DNA of 64,000 nucleotides from an uncultured Candidatus Poseidoniales archaeon (GCA_902573015.1 CACGIE010000003.1:10589-74588), one strand, 5' to 3'. Counted from the first letter of the stretch, positions 46,823 to 56,049 are shown. Notes: a model not told the origin generated them from the letters alone. Numbers and translations are program-made.

Positions 46823-47995
46823 ATGGCATACGAGGCGTTGGACTTCTACGATATCGATTCACTACTGACCGATGAAGAGAGAATGATTAGGGATGTTGTA
46901 CGGGACTGGGTGGAGGAAAGAATACTGCCAAACATCGAGGATGCATGCCGAGAAGGTGTTTTTCCTGACGAATGGAGGGCTGAGATCGGAGAAATGGGGA
47001 TTCTCGGAGCTCCATTGAAAGGGTATGGGTGCCCGGGACTCTCATACACCGCTTATGGCCTGATATGCCAGGAGTTGGAAAGGGGAGATAGCGGCGTACG
47101 CTCATTCGCTAGCGTTCAAGGATCTCTTGCGATGTACCCAATATGGGACTTTGGTAGCGAGGAGCAGAAGGAGAAATACTTGCCAGGAATGGCCAGTGGG
47201 GAGTTGGTTGGGTGCTTCGGTCTGACTGAGCCAGACTACGGTTCAAATCCCGGTGATATGCTAACTAAGGCAGAGGATATGGGCGACTACTTCCTACTCA
47301 ACGGCGCCAAGATGTGGATTACAAACGGAACTATAGCAGACTTAGCGGTCGTCTGGGCGAAGCTTGACGGTGTAATCAGAGGATTCATTGTAGAAAAAGA
47401 GGATGAGGGCTTCACTGCCCCTGAGATGAAGGGCAAGCACTCGCTAAAGGCCAGCATTACTAGTGAGCTGGTATTCCAAGATTGCAAAATACCCAAGGAC
47501 AGAATCCTACCTGATGTAAGGGGTCTGAGAGGGCCATTTAGCTGTCTCAATAATGCTAGGTTCGGGATCTCTTGGGGTGCAGTAGGGGCTGCTCAGTCGT
47601 GTTTCAATTCGGCTAAGGAGTATGCATTGAGTAGGATTCAATTCGGACATCCAATTGCATCATTCCAACTGGTCCAGAACAAGTTATCTTGGATGCTAAG
47701 AGAGATAACGAAGGGGCAATTACTTGCATATCACCTCGGTAAGAAAAAGGACGATGGGACTTGGATTCCAGAACAGATTTCTCTTGCAAAGATGAACAAC
47801 GTGGATATGGCGCTTGAGATAGCCAGAATGTCGAGAGATATTCACGGGGCGAATGGGATTCTCGATGAATACCCCGTCATGAGGCACATGGCAAATCTAG
47901 AATCTGTAAAGACATACGAGGGGACTCATGACATCCACAACCTAATTCTGGGAAGGCACATCACTGGAATTCAGTCATTCACCAGAGAGCCGTGA
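46823..47995 (+). CDS. gcdH: Glutaryl-CoA dehydrogenase-like acyl-CoA dehydrogenase
   Basis: GLTEPDYGSNPGDM, WITNG and TYEGTHDIHNLILGR are typical of the GCDH subfamily. I chose the ATG at 46823. Confidence 0.8.
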   Translation: MAYEALDFYDIDSLLTDEERMIRDVVRDWVEERILPNIEDACREGVFPDEWRAEIGEMGILGAPLKGYGCPGLSYTAYGLICQELERGDSGVRSFASVQGSLAMYPIWDFGSEEQKEKYLPGMASGELVGCFGLTEPDYGSNPGDMLTKAEDMGDYFLLNGAKMWITNGTIADLAVVWAKLDGVIRGFIVEKEDEGFTAPEMKGKHSLKASITSELVFQDCKIPKDRILPDVRGLRGPFSCLNNARFGISWGAVGAAQSCFNSAKEYALSRIQFGHPIASFQLVQNKLSWMLREITKGQLLAYHLGKKKDDGTWIPEQISLAKMNNVDMALEIARMSRDIHGANGILDEYPVMRHMANLESVKTYEGTHDIHNLILGRHITGIQSFTREP

Positions 47996-48059
47996 ATTGT
48001 CTAGAGAATGCGTACCAATATTGAAAGGTCCAGAACCTGCCCAGAGGTCAGGGATACTG

Positions 48060-48818
48060 ATGGGAGTTGCTGTTCTTCTCAAGCAAGTCCCAGACACCAC
48101 CGCGAAGATCAGCGTCTCGGGCTCGAGGGTGGATGAGTCCGCCATTACCAAGTGGTCGATTAGTCCCTATGACGAGTATGCTCTGGAAAGCGCGATAGCG
48201 CTGAAAGAATCAGGTGCTGATGAGTTGGTCGCGATAACTTGTGGGCCCCAGAGGGCCTCGAAATGTCTTACTGAAGCGGCAGCTGTTGGTGCGGATAGGC
48301 TGATTCACATTGTGACCGATGCGGATTTCATGGACAGTTGCACTGTTCAGTCTATTCTGTCCTCTGCAATCGAAAGGTCAGAGTGCGATATCGTCCTTTG
48401 TGGAAAACAGGCTGCTGATACGAACAGCGGTTCTACCGGCCCAGGAGTAGCTAGCCTGCTTGGGTACTCGTGCGTAGGCTCTGTTACAGAGGTCTCCATG
48501 GATGGGGGCAAACTCACTGCAACTAGGCTTGGGGCTACGGGATTGGAAAGGATCGAGGTCAGCGGCCCCTGCCTGTTCACATTCGATAAAGGCGAAGTTG
48601 AGTTGAGGAGACCTAACGTCAGAGGCATAATGATGGCGAAGAAGAAGCCGATAGAAAGCATCGGGATAGAAGAGCTGGGGATAGAAATTGGTAGCCCGAG
48701 AGCATCCCTACAATCCCACTCATCTCCTCCGGAGAAGCCCCCTGGCCAGAAGTTCGAGGGAGCCGGTTCAATCGAGATAGTCGTTGGCAAGTTGAGAGAT
48801 GAGGCCAACGTAATTTAG
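48060..48818 (+). CDS. etfB: Electron transfer flavoprotein beta subunit
   Basis: The start MGVAVLLKQVPDT is typical (KxVxD). It also has SPYDEYALESA, and it precedes etfA. Confidence 0.85.
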   Translation: MGVAVLLKQVPDTTAKISVSGSRVDESAITKWSISPYDEYALESAIALKESGADELVAITCGPQRASKCLTEAAAVGADRLIHIVTDADFMDSCTVQSILSSAIERSECDIVLCGKQAADTNSGSTGPGVASLLGYSCVGSVTEVSMDGGKLTATRLGATGLERIEVSGPCLFTFDKGEVELRRPNVRGIMMAKKKPIESIGIEELGIEIGSPRASLQSHSSPPEKPPGQKFEGAGSIEIVVGKLRDEANVI

Positions 48819-48828
48819 AGGTGTGAAA

Positions 48829-49758
48829 ATGGATATCGCGATAATTTCTGAAGCTAGCAACGAGTCTTTGCACCCCGTCACTGCGCAGTTGGTCGGGGCG
48901 GCGTCTTCTATCGGAGGGCAAATTAGCGTGATTTGCCCGGGAGGGGTTGGTTCACTAGAAGCCGCTAAGATTGCCGGGGTCAGCAAAGTCATCTCCGTTG
49001 AAGGGGATTGCTTCGACAGCTACGACTGCATGGCATGGTCTAATGCGATTGTACCCTTCATAGACGGGGATCTTGTGCTGACATCTTCCTCGGCAATTGG
49101 AAGGGAGGTGTCATCGGCCATTGCAGCGAACAAGGGTTTTCCTGTGGTTCAGGACATTACAAGTCTGAATGATGGAATCTCAGTGTCAAGGTCAATCTTC
49201 TCAGGGAAGGCAATCGAGGAAGTGGAAGTGTCATTGCCGTGCGCATTGAGCGTCCGTGCCAACACTTTCCAGCCTGCGGAGGGGGGAGGAAACGCGGAGA
49301 TATCCACGGTCAACGTGAGTCAGGAAGTTTCCGTGGCAGTAAAAGAGGCCCTGGCCAAAGCAGGGGAGAGACTAGATGTGGCAGAGGCGGACATTGTTAT
49401 CTCTGGTGGAAGGGGGATGGGCGATCCGTCAAACTTCTCGCATCTCTATGAGGTAGCAGAAGAGATAGGAGCCGCAGTTGGAGCTAGCAGGGCCGCAGTT
49501 GACACATGGGAGGAAATACCCCATAGCATGCAGGTAGGCCAGACAGGGAAGACCGTGACACCCAGTCTGTACATTGCAGTAGGAATCAGCGGCGCCATAC
49601 AGCATCTAGCTGGGATGAGGTCCAGCAAATACATCCTAGCGATAAACAAGGACCCGGAGGCCCCTATCTTCGGAGTGGCCGACTACGGCATTGTTGCCAC
49701 TTGGGAAGAGTCTATTCCCGCTCTGAAAGAGCACTTGTCTGCGATAATGTCAGACTGA
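48829..49758 (+). CDS. etfA: Electron transfer flavoprotein alpha subunit
   Basis: VISGGRGMG, QVGQTGKTVTPSLYIAVGISGAIQHLAGM (FAD-binding signature) and INKDPEAPIF motifs. Confidence 0.9.
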   Translation: MDIAIISEASNESLHPVTAQLVGAASSIGGQISVICPGGVGSLEAAKIAGVSKVISVEGDCFDSYDCMAWSNAIVPFIDGDLVLTSSSAIGREVSSAIAANKGFPVVQDITSLNDGISVSRSIFSGKAIEEVEVSLPCALSVRANTFQPAEGGGNAEISTVNVSQEVSVAVKEALAKAGERLDVAEADIVISGGRGMGDPSNFSHLYEVAEEIGAAVGASRAAVDTWEEIPHSMQVGQTGKTVTPSLYIAVGISGAIQHLAGMRSSKYILAINKDPEAPIFGVADYGIVATWEESIPALKEHLSAIMSD

Positions 49759-51252
49759 TGCCTGCTCTTTTCCTGAGTCGGAGCGAGTTCTACTTATCCT
49801 ACTCAGGTACTCCTCAGTAATTCCGCCTGTTACGTAAATTCCATTGAAGCATGAGCAATCGAATTCTTCGATTTGGCTACCGCTCGTTCCTGTGCAGGCA
49901 TCGACCAAGTCGCCCAGATCTTGGTATATCAGCCAATCAGCTCCGATTACCTGGCAGATTTCGTCGTTGGTCTTGCCATAAGCCACATACTCCTCCCTAG
50001 CGGGCATGTCTATCCCATACACATTAGGATGTACAATAGGGGGAGAAGAAGAAGCAAACAAGACTCGAGATGCCCCTGCATCTCTGGCCATCTGAACTAT
50101 CCTCCTGGAAGTATTACCCCTGACTATGCTATCATCAACGATCAACACAGTCTTTCCATTGAATTCCTCGGATATCGTATTCAGTTTCTTCCTGACGGAG
50201 TCCTTACGAATTTTCTGCCCTGGCATGATGAACGTCCTACCTATGTATCGATTCTTGACGAATCCCTCCCTGTATGGAACTCCAAGTGCGCTTGATAATC
50301 CTAGAGCGGCAATCCTTCCACTGTCCGGCACCGGAATAACGGCATCTATCCGATGGTCTGGAAATAATGACTCGATTCTACTAGCCAGAGCCTCTCCCAT
50401 CCTCAATCTAGCCTGGTGCACTGAAATTCCATCGATTACTGAGTCTGGCCTTGCAAAGTACACATGCTCGAAAACACATGGCGTGTGATTAACATCAGAG
50501 TGGCAATTCTTTGAGTGGGTCTCACCATCCATTCTCACTATTACTGCTTCTCCAGGAGATATGTCCCTGTCGTTCTCGAAACCTATGGACTGGCAGACTA
50601 CGCTTTCTGAGGATACTAGTCTCTCTGTGAATCCGTCGACCTCCCTCTTTCCGAGAAATAGGGGCCTTATCCCATGTGGATCCCTGAAAGCCACCATGCC
50701 CCAACCAGTAATTAGGCATACCACGCTGTAGCTTCCTTCCGCTCTCAAATGGGTCCTTTCTACGGCTCTGAAGATGTCGTCCTCTTTCAGTGCCGCCATC
50801 CCTCCTGGCCTCCCGTTTACGGATCTCTGAATCTCTGCGGCGAATAGATTGAGTAGGGCCTCTGAGTCTGAGCTTGTGTTAATCCTCCGATGATCATACT
50901 CTAGGAGTCCTGAAATTATATCCGGGGTGTTGTTCAGATTCCCATTGTGGGCCAAGCTGACTCCGAACGGGGTATTGGTGTAGAACGGTTGTGCCTCATC
51001 CGAAGAGCTAGAGCCTGCTGTTGGATATCTGACATGCCCGATTCCCATTGATCCGTGTAGCCTCTTCATGTGCCTATCTAGGAAAACATCGCGAACTAGT
51101 CCGTTCGCCCTCCTATGGCAAATGTTCTCAGAATCACTGGTAACAATTCCAGCAGCATCCTGCCCTCTGTGCTGAAGAACGATTAGCCCATCATACACAG
51201 ACGTAGCTACCTGGGTGCTAGGAGAGCCAACTATTCCGATGATGCCGCACAT
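49750..51252 (-). CDS. purF: Amidophosphoribosyltransferase
   Basis: MCGIIGIVG supplies the N-terminal Cys nucleophile; the start is set at Met-Cys, 9 codons inside the track ORF. Also VLIVDDSIVRGNTS (PRPP loop) and the C-terminal Cys cluster CTG...CxxC. Confidence 0.9.
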   Translation of the reverse strand: MCGIIGIVGSPSTQVATSVYDGLIVLQHRGQDAAGIVTSDSENICHRRANGLVRDVFLDRHMKRLHGSMGIGHVRYPTAGSSSSDEAQPFYTNTPFGVSLAHNGNLNNTPDIISGLLEYDHRRINTSSDSEALLNLFAAEIQRSVNGRPGGMAALKEDDIFRAVERTHLRAEGSYSVVCLITGWGMVAFRDPHGIRPLFLGKREVDGFTERLVSSESVVCQSIGFENDRDISPGEAVIVRMDGETHSKNCHSDVNHTPCVFEHVYFARPDSVIDGISVHQARLRMGEALASRIESLFPDHRIDAVIPVPDSGRIAALGLSSALGVPYREGFVKNRYIGRTFIMPGQKIRKDSVRKKLNTISEEFNGKTVLIVDDSIVRGNTSRRIVQMARDAGASRVLFASSSPPIVHPNVYGIDMPAREEYVAYGKTNDEICQVIGADWLIYQDLGDLVDACTGTSGSQIEEFDCSCFNGIYVTGGITEEYLSRISRTRSDSGKEQASV

Positions 51253-51302
51253 CGGTATCATCATCCGGTAAGAGAACAAGACTTAGGCATTTACGGCTTG
51301 TA

Positions 51303-51488
51303 TTACTTCTTCTGCCACATGGTTCTGTTGCGCTTATTCCACCTATACTTCCTCATTCTGGACGTAACTCCGTAACCACAACTTGCACACTGCCCCTTCT
51401 GCTTATGATAAGAATGGCGCCCACATCTACGACAGCGGATATGGGTGGACTTCTGCCTCTTTCCCATACTCGGGGTTCCCTTTGACAT
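51303..51488 (-). CDS. rpl37e: Ribosomal protein L37e (eL37)
   Basis: [40 protein letters not shown]. Confidence 0.95.
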   Translation of the reverse strand: MSKGTPSMGKRQKSTHIRCRRCGRHSYHKQKGQCASCGYGVTSRMRKYRWNKRNRTMWQKK

Positions 51489-51499
51489 GCACTACAACC

Positions 51500-51832
51500 T
51501 CACTGAGACGACGCGTCCACCGACCGATTTGTTAAGAGGGTTATCCTGAACAAGGCAATGGTCAGCATAGCGGCAAATATAGGAAACAGGCTGACTAAGG
51601 CAACTATTGATGAGGCGATTGAGTCCGTAAAAGAAGAAGTTGGTCCGGTGTCGGAAAGCATCATTGTCGTGTATATGGAAGCGCAGACGAGAACGATTGG
51701 AACAAATAGTGCGAGCGATCTGTTGAATCTGTTTAATGTAGAGGCGAAATGAATGAAGCAGAAAGACGCAGACAGGGCGACCCCCCCTGCAACTAGAAGC
51801 ATGAACTCTGAGAAGTCAATCTCCATGGCCAT
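51500..51832 (-). CDS. Small membrane protein of unknown function
   Basis: 110 aa with 3 hydrophobic helices. It overlaps the upstream ORF by 17 nt on the same strand. Confidence 0.35.
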   Translation of the reverse strand: MAMEIDFSEFMLLVAGGVALSASFCFIHFASTLNRFNRSLALFVPIVLVCASIYTTMMLSDTGPTSSFTDSIASSIVALVSLFPIFAAMLTIALFRITLLTNRSVDASSQ

Positions 51833-52376
51833 CTCCTCCCAGTCGTCTAAGTAGAATTGTCCGAACCAGTTCTCCCTCCTCTTCTGAAAGAGGATCGGAA
51901 TAGGATTCCAGTCTAACCGACCTCTCAGAAAAAGAAGCGCCGATGTAGACTAGGGCGATTCCCAATAAGATTCCCAGCAGGGAGGATGAGGCGCCAATTA
52001 CGTCTATGGTAGAAACTGAGACATGTTCGAGATAGGCAATTATCCATGAAATGGCGATTACTGCCCATCCTAGAAGCAGACCAGAAGAGGATGGCTCGCC
52101 ATATGTCGAAGAGCTCCTCAGGACGAGAATAGCACCCAAGACAAACGGGGCAGTCCATTTTACTAGTGCGATAATTGAGCCATACACTTCACTTTCGGGA
52201 TCGTCCAATTTTTCCGGTAACAGAAAGAAGGATGCTAATCCAAGGAGAGCTAAGGGGGAACCGAACCTACTCCTTTGGAAGGATGGCCCCATTCTATGTA
52301 GGCTGAGCCCTGTAGCTAGTAAAACCAGGGAGGACCAGAGGATGGCCTCATCGGCAACCATGGACTTCGGATGCAT
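51816..52376 (-). CDS. Membrane protein of unknown function
   Basis: 186 aa with ~5 hydrophobic helices. Confidence 0.35.
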   Translation of the reverse strand: MHPKSMVADEAILWSSLVLLATGLSLHRMGPSFQRSRFGSPLALLGLASFFLLPEKLDDPESEVYGSIIALVKWTAPFVLGAILVLRSSSTYGEPSSSGLLLGWAVIAISWIIAYLEHVSVSTIDVIGASSSLLGILLGIALVYIGASFSERSVRLESYSDPLSEEEGELVRTILLRRLGGDGHGD

Positions 52377-52478
52377 GAGAGATTCTTGTGTTTTTCTTGC
52401 GGCGGAGGGAGCACATCACCTAATCGCTCGACTAGATTCATATACGGGTCATCGGTGGCTTGCGGCGCACAAGCAGTT

Positions 52479-52488
52479 AGGAGGGTGA
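52479..52488 (+). promoter_or_regulatory. Shine-Dalgarno-like site AGGAGGGTGA, ending 3 nt before the rpl44e ATG
   Basis: It is complementary to the conserved 16S rRNA 3' end (GAUCACCUCCU). Confidence 0.5.
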
Positions 52489-52491
52489 CAA

Positions 52492-52773
52492 ATGGTAAAG
52501 ATGCCAAGGAAGGTTATGAGATACAGCCCCTCTGCTGGAAAGCATACTGAACACACGGTGGAGAGAGTCAAGAAGAGGAGGGCTAGCGAACTAAAGTGGG
52601 GCCAAAGAAGGTTCAGAAGAGTGACTGCTGGGTACAGAGGTTTCCCTCGTCCAAAGCCTTCCGGGGAGAAGCCTACGAAGAGGGTAAACTTGGTTTACAG
52701 ATGCACGGAGACCGGCAAAGCCCACTCCCCGAAGGGAAAGAGAGCAAGAAAATTCGAACTTGTAGATAATTGA
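52492..52773 (+). CDS. rpl44e: Ribosomal protein L44e (eL42)
   Basis: KHTEHTVERVKKRRASELKWGQRRF...GFPRPKP...RCTETGKAH. Confidence 0.9.
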   Translation: MVKMPRKVMRYSPSAGKHTEHTVERVKKRRASELKWGQRRFRRVTAGYRGFPRPKPSGEKPTKRVNLVYRCTETGKAHSPKGKRARKFELVDN

Positions 52774-52782
52774 GGAGAGAGA

Positions 52783-52953
52783 ATGGCGGGAAGGTTTCTG
52801 AGAGTTACTTGCAAGGATTGCGGTAGTGAGGCCATAATTTTCGATAGGGCAGCAACCACAGTTGCATGTGCTATTTGTGGATCGACTCTTGCAGTGCCAG
52901 CAGGTGGTCTGGCAGAACTTACAGGATGCACTGTCGTCGAGGTTCTGAACTAG
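52783..52953 (+). CDS. rps27e: Ribosomal protein S27e (eS27). The 56-aa ORF is below the ORF-track size cutoff.
   Basis: My translation is MAGRFLRVTCKDCGSEAIIFDRAATTVACAICGSTLAVPAGGLAELTGCTVVEVLN. It has the CxxC-x15-CxxC zinc ribbon and sits in the canonical position between L44e and aIF2-alpha. A GAGGAG lies upstream. Confidence 0.85.
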   Translation: MAGRFLRVTCKDCGSEAIIFDRAATTVACAICGSTLAVPAGGLAELTGCTVVEVLN

Positions 52954-52965
52954 AGAGGCAGAATC

Positions 52966-53754
52966 TTGGCGGATCAATCCAACGACTGGCCCGAGGAAGG
53001 GGAGTTGGTTGTCTGCTCCGTGAAAAGCGTGAAGGAGAACGGAGCTTACTTGTCCCTGGACACATATCCCGAAAGGGAAGGCTTCGTTTTCATTGGGGAG
53101 ATAGCTACTGGATGGGTCAGGAACATCAGAGCCCATGTCAGAGAGGGGCAGAGGTTGGTAGCCAAAGTAATCGGAGTGAAAAAGGATAGAGACAGCATCA
53201 CTCTCTCAATAAAATCAGTTTCCGAAGAGAGAAGAAGAGATGCCTTGCAGTCGTGGAAGAACGAGCAGCGTGCTTCCCAGATCATGAGGGTGGCTGCAGA
53301 GAGAATTGGTTGGAAAGAGAACAAGACTGAGGAAGTCTCGGAGGAAATGAAAGAGGCCTTCGGATCACTTTACGGGGCCTTGGAGGAGTGTGCGATAAAC
53401 GAGAGTGCGCTAGAGGAATCGGGGTTCGAAGGGGCTTGGATAGCAACGGTCACTGAGCTGGCAATAGAGAATATTATCCCTCCATTCGTGGAAATAAGAG
53501 GAATGTTCGAAATCAAGGTTTGGGGCCCTGAGGGAGTCAATGCCATCAGTAGCGCCCTGCAGGCTGCAGAGGATTGCGCTAAGAGCGAGGAGGAGGTCAC
53601 CCTCACCTGTCACTATGACGGGGCTCCTAATTACAGAGTAGACATCAAGGCTCCAGATTACCCATCTGCAGAGTCTGTCTGGGAAGCTGCTCAGGAGGCC
53701 GCTTCAGAACGAATAGGGTCAGTCGAGGGTTCCATATCCATAGAAAGGCTTTGA
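52966..53754 (+). CDS. eif2a: Translation initiation factor 2 alpha subunit (aIF2-alpha)
   Basis: S1 domain PEEGELVVCSVKSVKENGAYLSLDTYPEREGFVFIGEIATGWVRNIR, 262 aa, TTG start. Confidence 0.9.
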   Translation: MADQSNDWPEEGELVVCSVKSVKENGAYLSLDTYPEREGFVFIGEIATGWVRNIRAHVREGQRLVAKVIGVKKDRDSITLSIKSVSEERRRDALQSWKNEQRASQIMRVAAERIGWKENKTEEVSEEMKEAFGSLYGALEECAINESALEESGFEGAWIATVTELAIENIIPPFVEIRGMFEIKVWGPEGVNAISSALQAAEDCAKSEEEVTLTCHYDGAPNYRVDIKAPDYPSAESVWEAAQEAASERIGSVEGSISIERL

Positions 53755-53810
53755 ACGCGTTTCAGAAGGAACATAATTCATGAACCGAATCGAAAGGCCT
53801 AGTCTCAATC

Positions 53811-54023
53811 ATGGCTAGAACTAGACTCCAGAGATGCATCGAATGCAGAGAATTCGGTCTTGGGGAAAAGTGCAAGACCTGTGGAGGGAAGATGGAGTCT
53901 GCTGCTTCACTGAAATTCTCTCCCGAGGACCCCCAGGGGTCCAGACGGAGAAAGAGGCAGGATGCTGGAAGTGACAAGTGGGTCAAATCGCTACCCACCC
54001 CCAGGAAGGATGATGCTTCTTGA
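53811..54023 (+). CDS. nop10: H/ACA RNP protein Nop10
   Basis: LQRCIECREFGLGEKCKTCGGKMESAASLKFSPEDP (zinc ribbon plus FSPEDP). Confidence 0.85.
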   Translation: MARTRLQRCIECREFGLGEKCKTCGGKMESAASLKFSPEDPQGSRRRKRQDAGSDKWVKSLPTPRKDDAS

Positions 54024-54784
54024 ACAGGGCCAAGATTCACTGGCTTGAAGGGACAGGGCTTCCAGAGGGCTCCATTATTCTGGAGGCGGTGCCTGGAGTG
54101 GGCAATGTCGGCAAGATACTGATTGACGCAGTGGTAGAAAAGCACCCTTCGAGGACGATTGGCTGGATACTACATCCGGACTTCCCCCCTCATGCCACCT
54201 TATCCGAGACGGGTTTGATTGCTCCTCCAAGGTTGGACATCAGCAAGATAGTCCTCCCGGATGGGGAAGAACTGGTGACAATAACCGGAGTAATGCAACC
54301 AATGACAGCATCAGGTCAGTTCGAAGTGGCAGAGGCCGTTCTGGACCTTGCTGATGAATCGGGGGCGAGTCGGTTGCTCGTTCTAGCGGGCCTTGCCTCT
54401 GAGCCTGAACAGCGTTCGATTTTCGCAGTCTGCTCGGATAAGGAGATCCGCAAGGCTCTCGAGACAGATGACATTGAGGTCAGCAAAGACCAACCGAAGG
54501 CAGGAATGATCGGAGTGGCGGGGATGGTTCTTTCCTTGGCCCCAACCAAGGGAGTCCCTGCGATAGGGGTTATCGCAGAGACTATCGGAGCAAGTTCCGA
54601 CATTCTAGCCGCTGAGAGAATGTCGAGGTGGATAGAGCAGGCCTTCGATGTGACTCTGGATCTGGATCTGGACACCACGAAGGAGACAGCTGCTAGGCTG
54701 ATGGAGAGAATGGGAGAGGAGGGTTCCATCGATGATTACCTGAGGATGGACGAGAACGAGGCTTCCTCTGACTTCTACGTTTGA
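54020..54784 (+). CDS. PAC2-family proteasome assembly chaperone (COG1938-like)
   Basis: LEAVPGVGNVGKI matches the PAC2 GxPGxGxVG motif. It sits in the conserved position after nop10. The start overlaps the nop10 stop as TTGA. Confidence 0.65.
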   Translation: MNRAKIHWLEGTGLPEGSIILEAVPGVGNVGKILIDAVVEKHPSRTIGWILHPDFPPHATLSETGLIAPPRLDISKIVLPDGEELVTITGVMQPMTASGQFEVAEAVLDLADESGASRLLVLAGLASEPEQRSIFAVCSDKEIRKALETDDIEVSKDQPKAGMIGVAGMVLSLAPTKGVPAIGVIAETIGASSDILAAERMSRWIEQAFDVTLDLDLDTTKETAARLMERMGEEGSIDDYLRMDENEASSDFYV

Positions 54785-54792
54785 AGGGGGGC

Positions 54793-56049
54793 CTATCTTC
54801 TGGTTCTTCTCTTGCTCTTGCTTCTGCCACCGGAGGAGGATTCCTCTACGGAAATCTTCCTACCCTTGAACTCTGACTTATTCATCGCCTTTATCGCGGC
54901 CTTTGCCTCTTTCTTGTCTGCGAATGTAATGAAGGCAAAGCCGCGAGGCTTCTTCGTCTCCCTATCCAATGCCATGTGGACGTCGTTCAACTTTCCATGG
55001 ACTGAGAAGGCTTCTCTCAGATCATCCTCAGAGGCATCGTAGGACACGCCTCCCACGAATAGTTTGACTCCGTGCTCCTTCTGTGCCTTTGATCTCGCTC
55101 TCTTCATGACCTCCCTTTCCTTGGCAAGATCTTCCTTGGTTGCCTTGCCCGACTCGACCTTCTCCATGCAGTCTCGACACCTCAGAGGCTTACCTGGAGT
55201 GGGTTTGAAGGGCACCTTGGTATCAATGCCACAAAGAGTGCAAGTTGCGGGGAACATCTCCCTCTGAGGTCTACCCCCTCTGCCTCTTGGAGAAGGCGCC
55301 CTCTTTGCGGATTCGGGAATCTCATGAGTCCAGCCCCTCCTGTGATCCGCGGCAGGTGAAAGGTATGGCCTAGCGCCGTCGTGACCCAGCATGGACTCGG
55401 CCTCCTTGGACCAACGCTCACCTGGGCGATTTAGACTTTGGATATCGGAGTCAGAGGGTATCTCGAAACCATGCCCGAATCCGTTTGAGAGGGCTCTGAA
55501 TCCACTGTAGTCACATCGAGGGCATTCCACATTGAAGTCTGGCTTTCTGTCGCTGTCCAGAAGGTCTGCCCCGCATACGGGGCATGAAGCGTACAGGACG
55601 CCTAGTTTCGGGTCTCCCTTGGTGGAGGCTTTCAGCATGGGCTCCACGTTGATTACTCTTGCACGGACTATGTCCCGCTTCCTCATGCCGTCTCCTGCGG
55701 ATGGGATGAAACGGTCGACTATCTCTGAGACATAGATATCTGCGAAGAGTTTCAATGCTGGAACAGACCTGTGCCCTCCTTCATTGGTCTCTATGTGGAG
55801 GACTCTCAATTCGGCAGTCTTCTCATTGAGCCTATTGACCTCACCTATGATTACATCCCCCATCTTTGGCGAGTTTAATGGGGGTACGGTGGAATCAACC
55901 GAAATCACTCCTGAGTTATTCACAATGCTTCCAGATACTACTGCAACATGCCCTCTTTCTGTGGAGTGGATCCCACTTCCCAACTCTTCCCCGGTCCCGA
56001 TCTCAACGAGGTTTCCCGGCGTGACTTGGTCACCGACTGATGCTGCCAT
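54793..56049 (-). CDS. csl4: Exosome cap subunit Csl4 fused to a CxxC-x17-CxxC zinc ribbon and a C-terminal RRM domain
   Basis: The N-terminal ~190 aa are Csl4-like: VTPGNLVEIG...GSG, S1 region MGDVIIGEVNRL...DIVRARVINV, and Zn ribbon CPVCG...CPRCD. Next comes CTLCGIDTKVPFKPTPGKPLRCRDC. The RRM follows, with RNP2 KLFVGGV, RNP1 RGFAFITF and a basic tail. Confidence 0.8.
   Translation of the reverse strand: MAASVGDQVTPGNLVEIGTGEELGSGIHSTERGHVAVVSGSIVNNSGVISVDSTVPPLNSPKMGDVIIGEVNRLNEKTAELRVLHIETNEGGHRSVPALKLFADIYVSEIVDRFIPSAGDGMRKRDIVRARVINVEPMLKASTKGDPKLGVLYASCPVCGADLLDSDRKPDFNVECPRCDYSGFRALSNGFGHGFEIPSDSDIQSLNRPGERWSKEAESMLGHDGARPYLSPAADHRRGWTHEIPESAKRAPSPRGRGGRPQREMFPATCTLCGIDTKVPFKPTPGKPLRCRDCMEKVESGKATKEDLAKEREVMKRARSKAQKEHGVKLFVGGVSYDASEDDLREAFSVHGKLNDVHMALDRETKKPRGFAFITFADKKEAKAAIKAMNKSEFKGRKISVEESSSGGRSKSKRRTRR

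Noticed and set aside
48347-48992. Minus-strand ORFs 48347-48808 (153 aa), 48619-48921 and 48768-48992 across etfB/etfA.
   Set aside because: They are antisense to ETF genes that carry canonical FAD-binding signatures.
52591-53136. 181-aa minus-strand ORF spanning the L44e/S27e/aIF2-alpha junction.
   Set aside because: It is antisense to three highly conserved, motif-bearing genes. It is a typical GC-rich shadow frame.
53762-54145. 127-aa minus-strand ORF over nop10 and the PAC2 gene start.
   Set aside because: It is antisense to a clearly recognisable Nop10 zinc-ribbon gene and has no motifs of its own.
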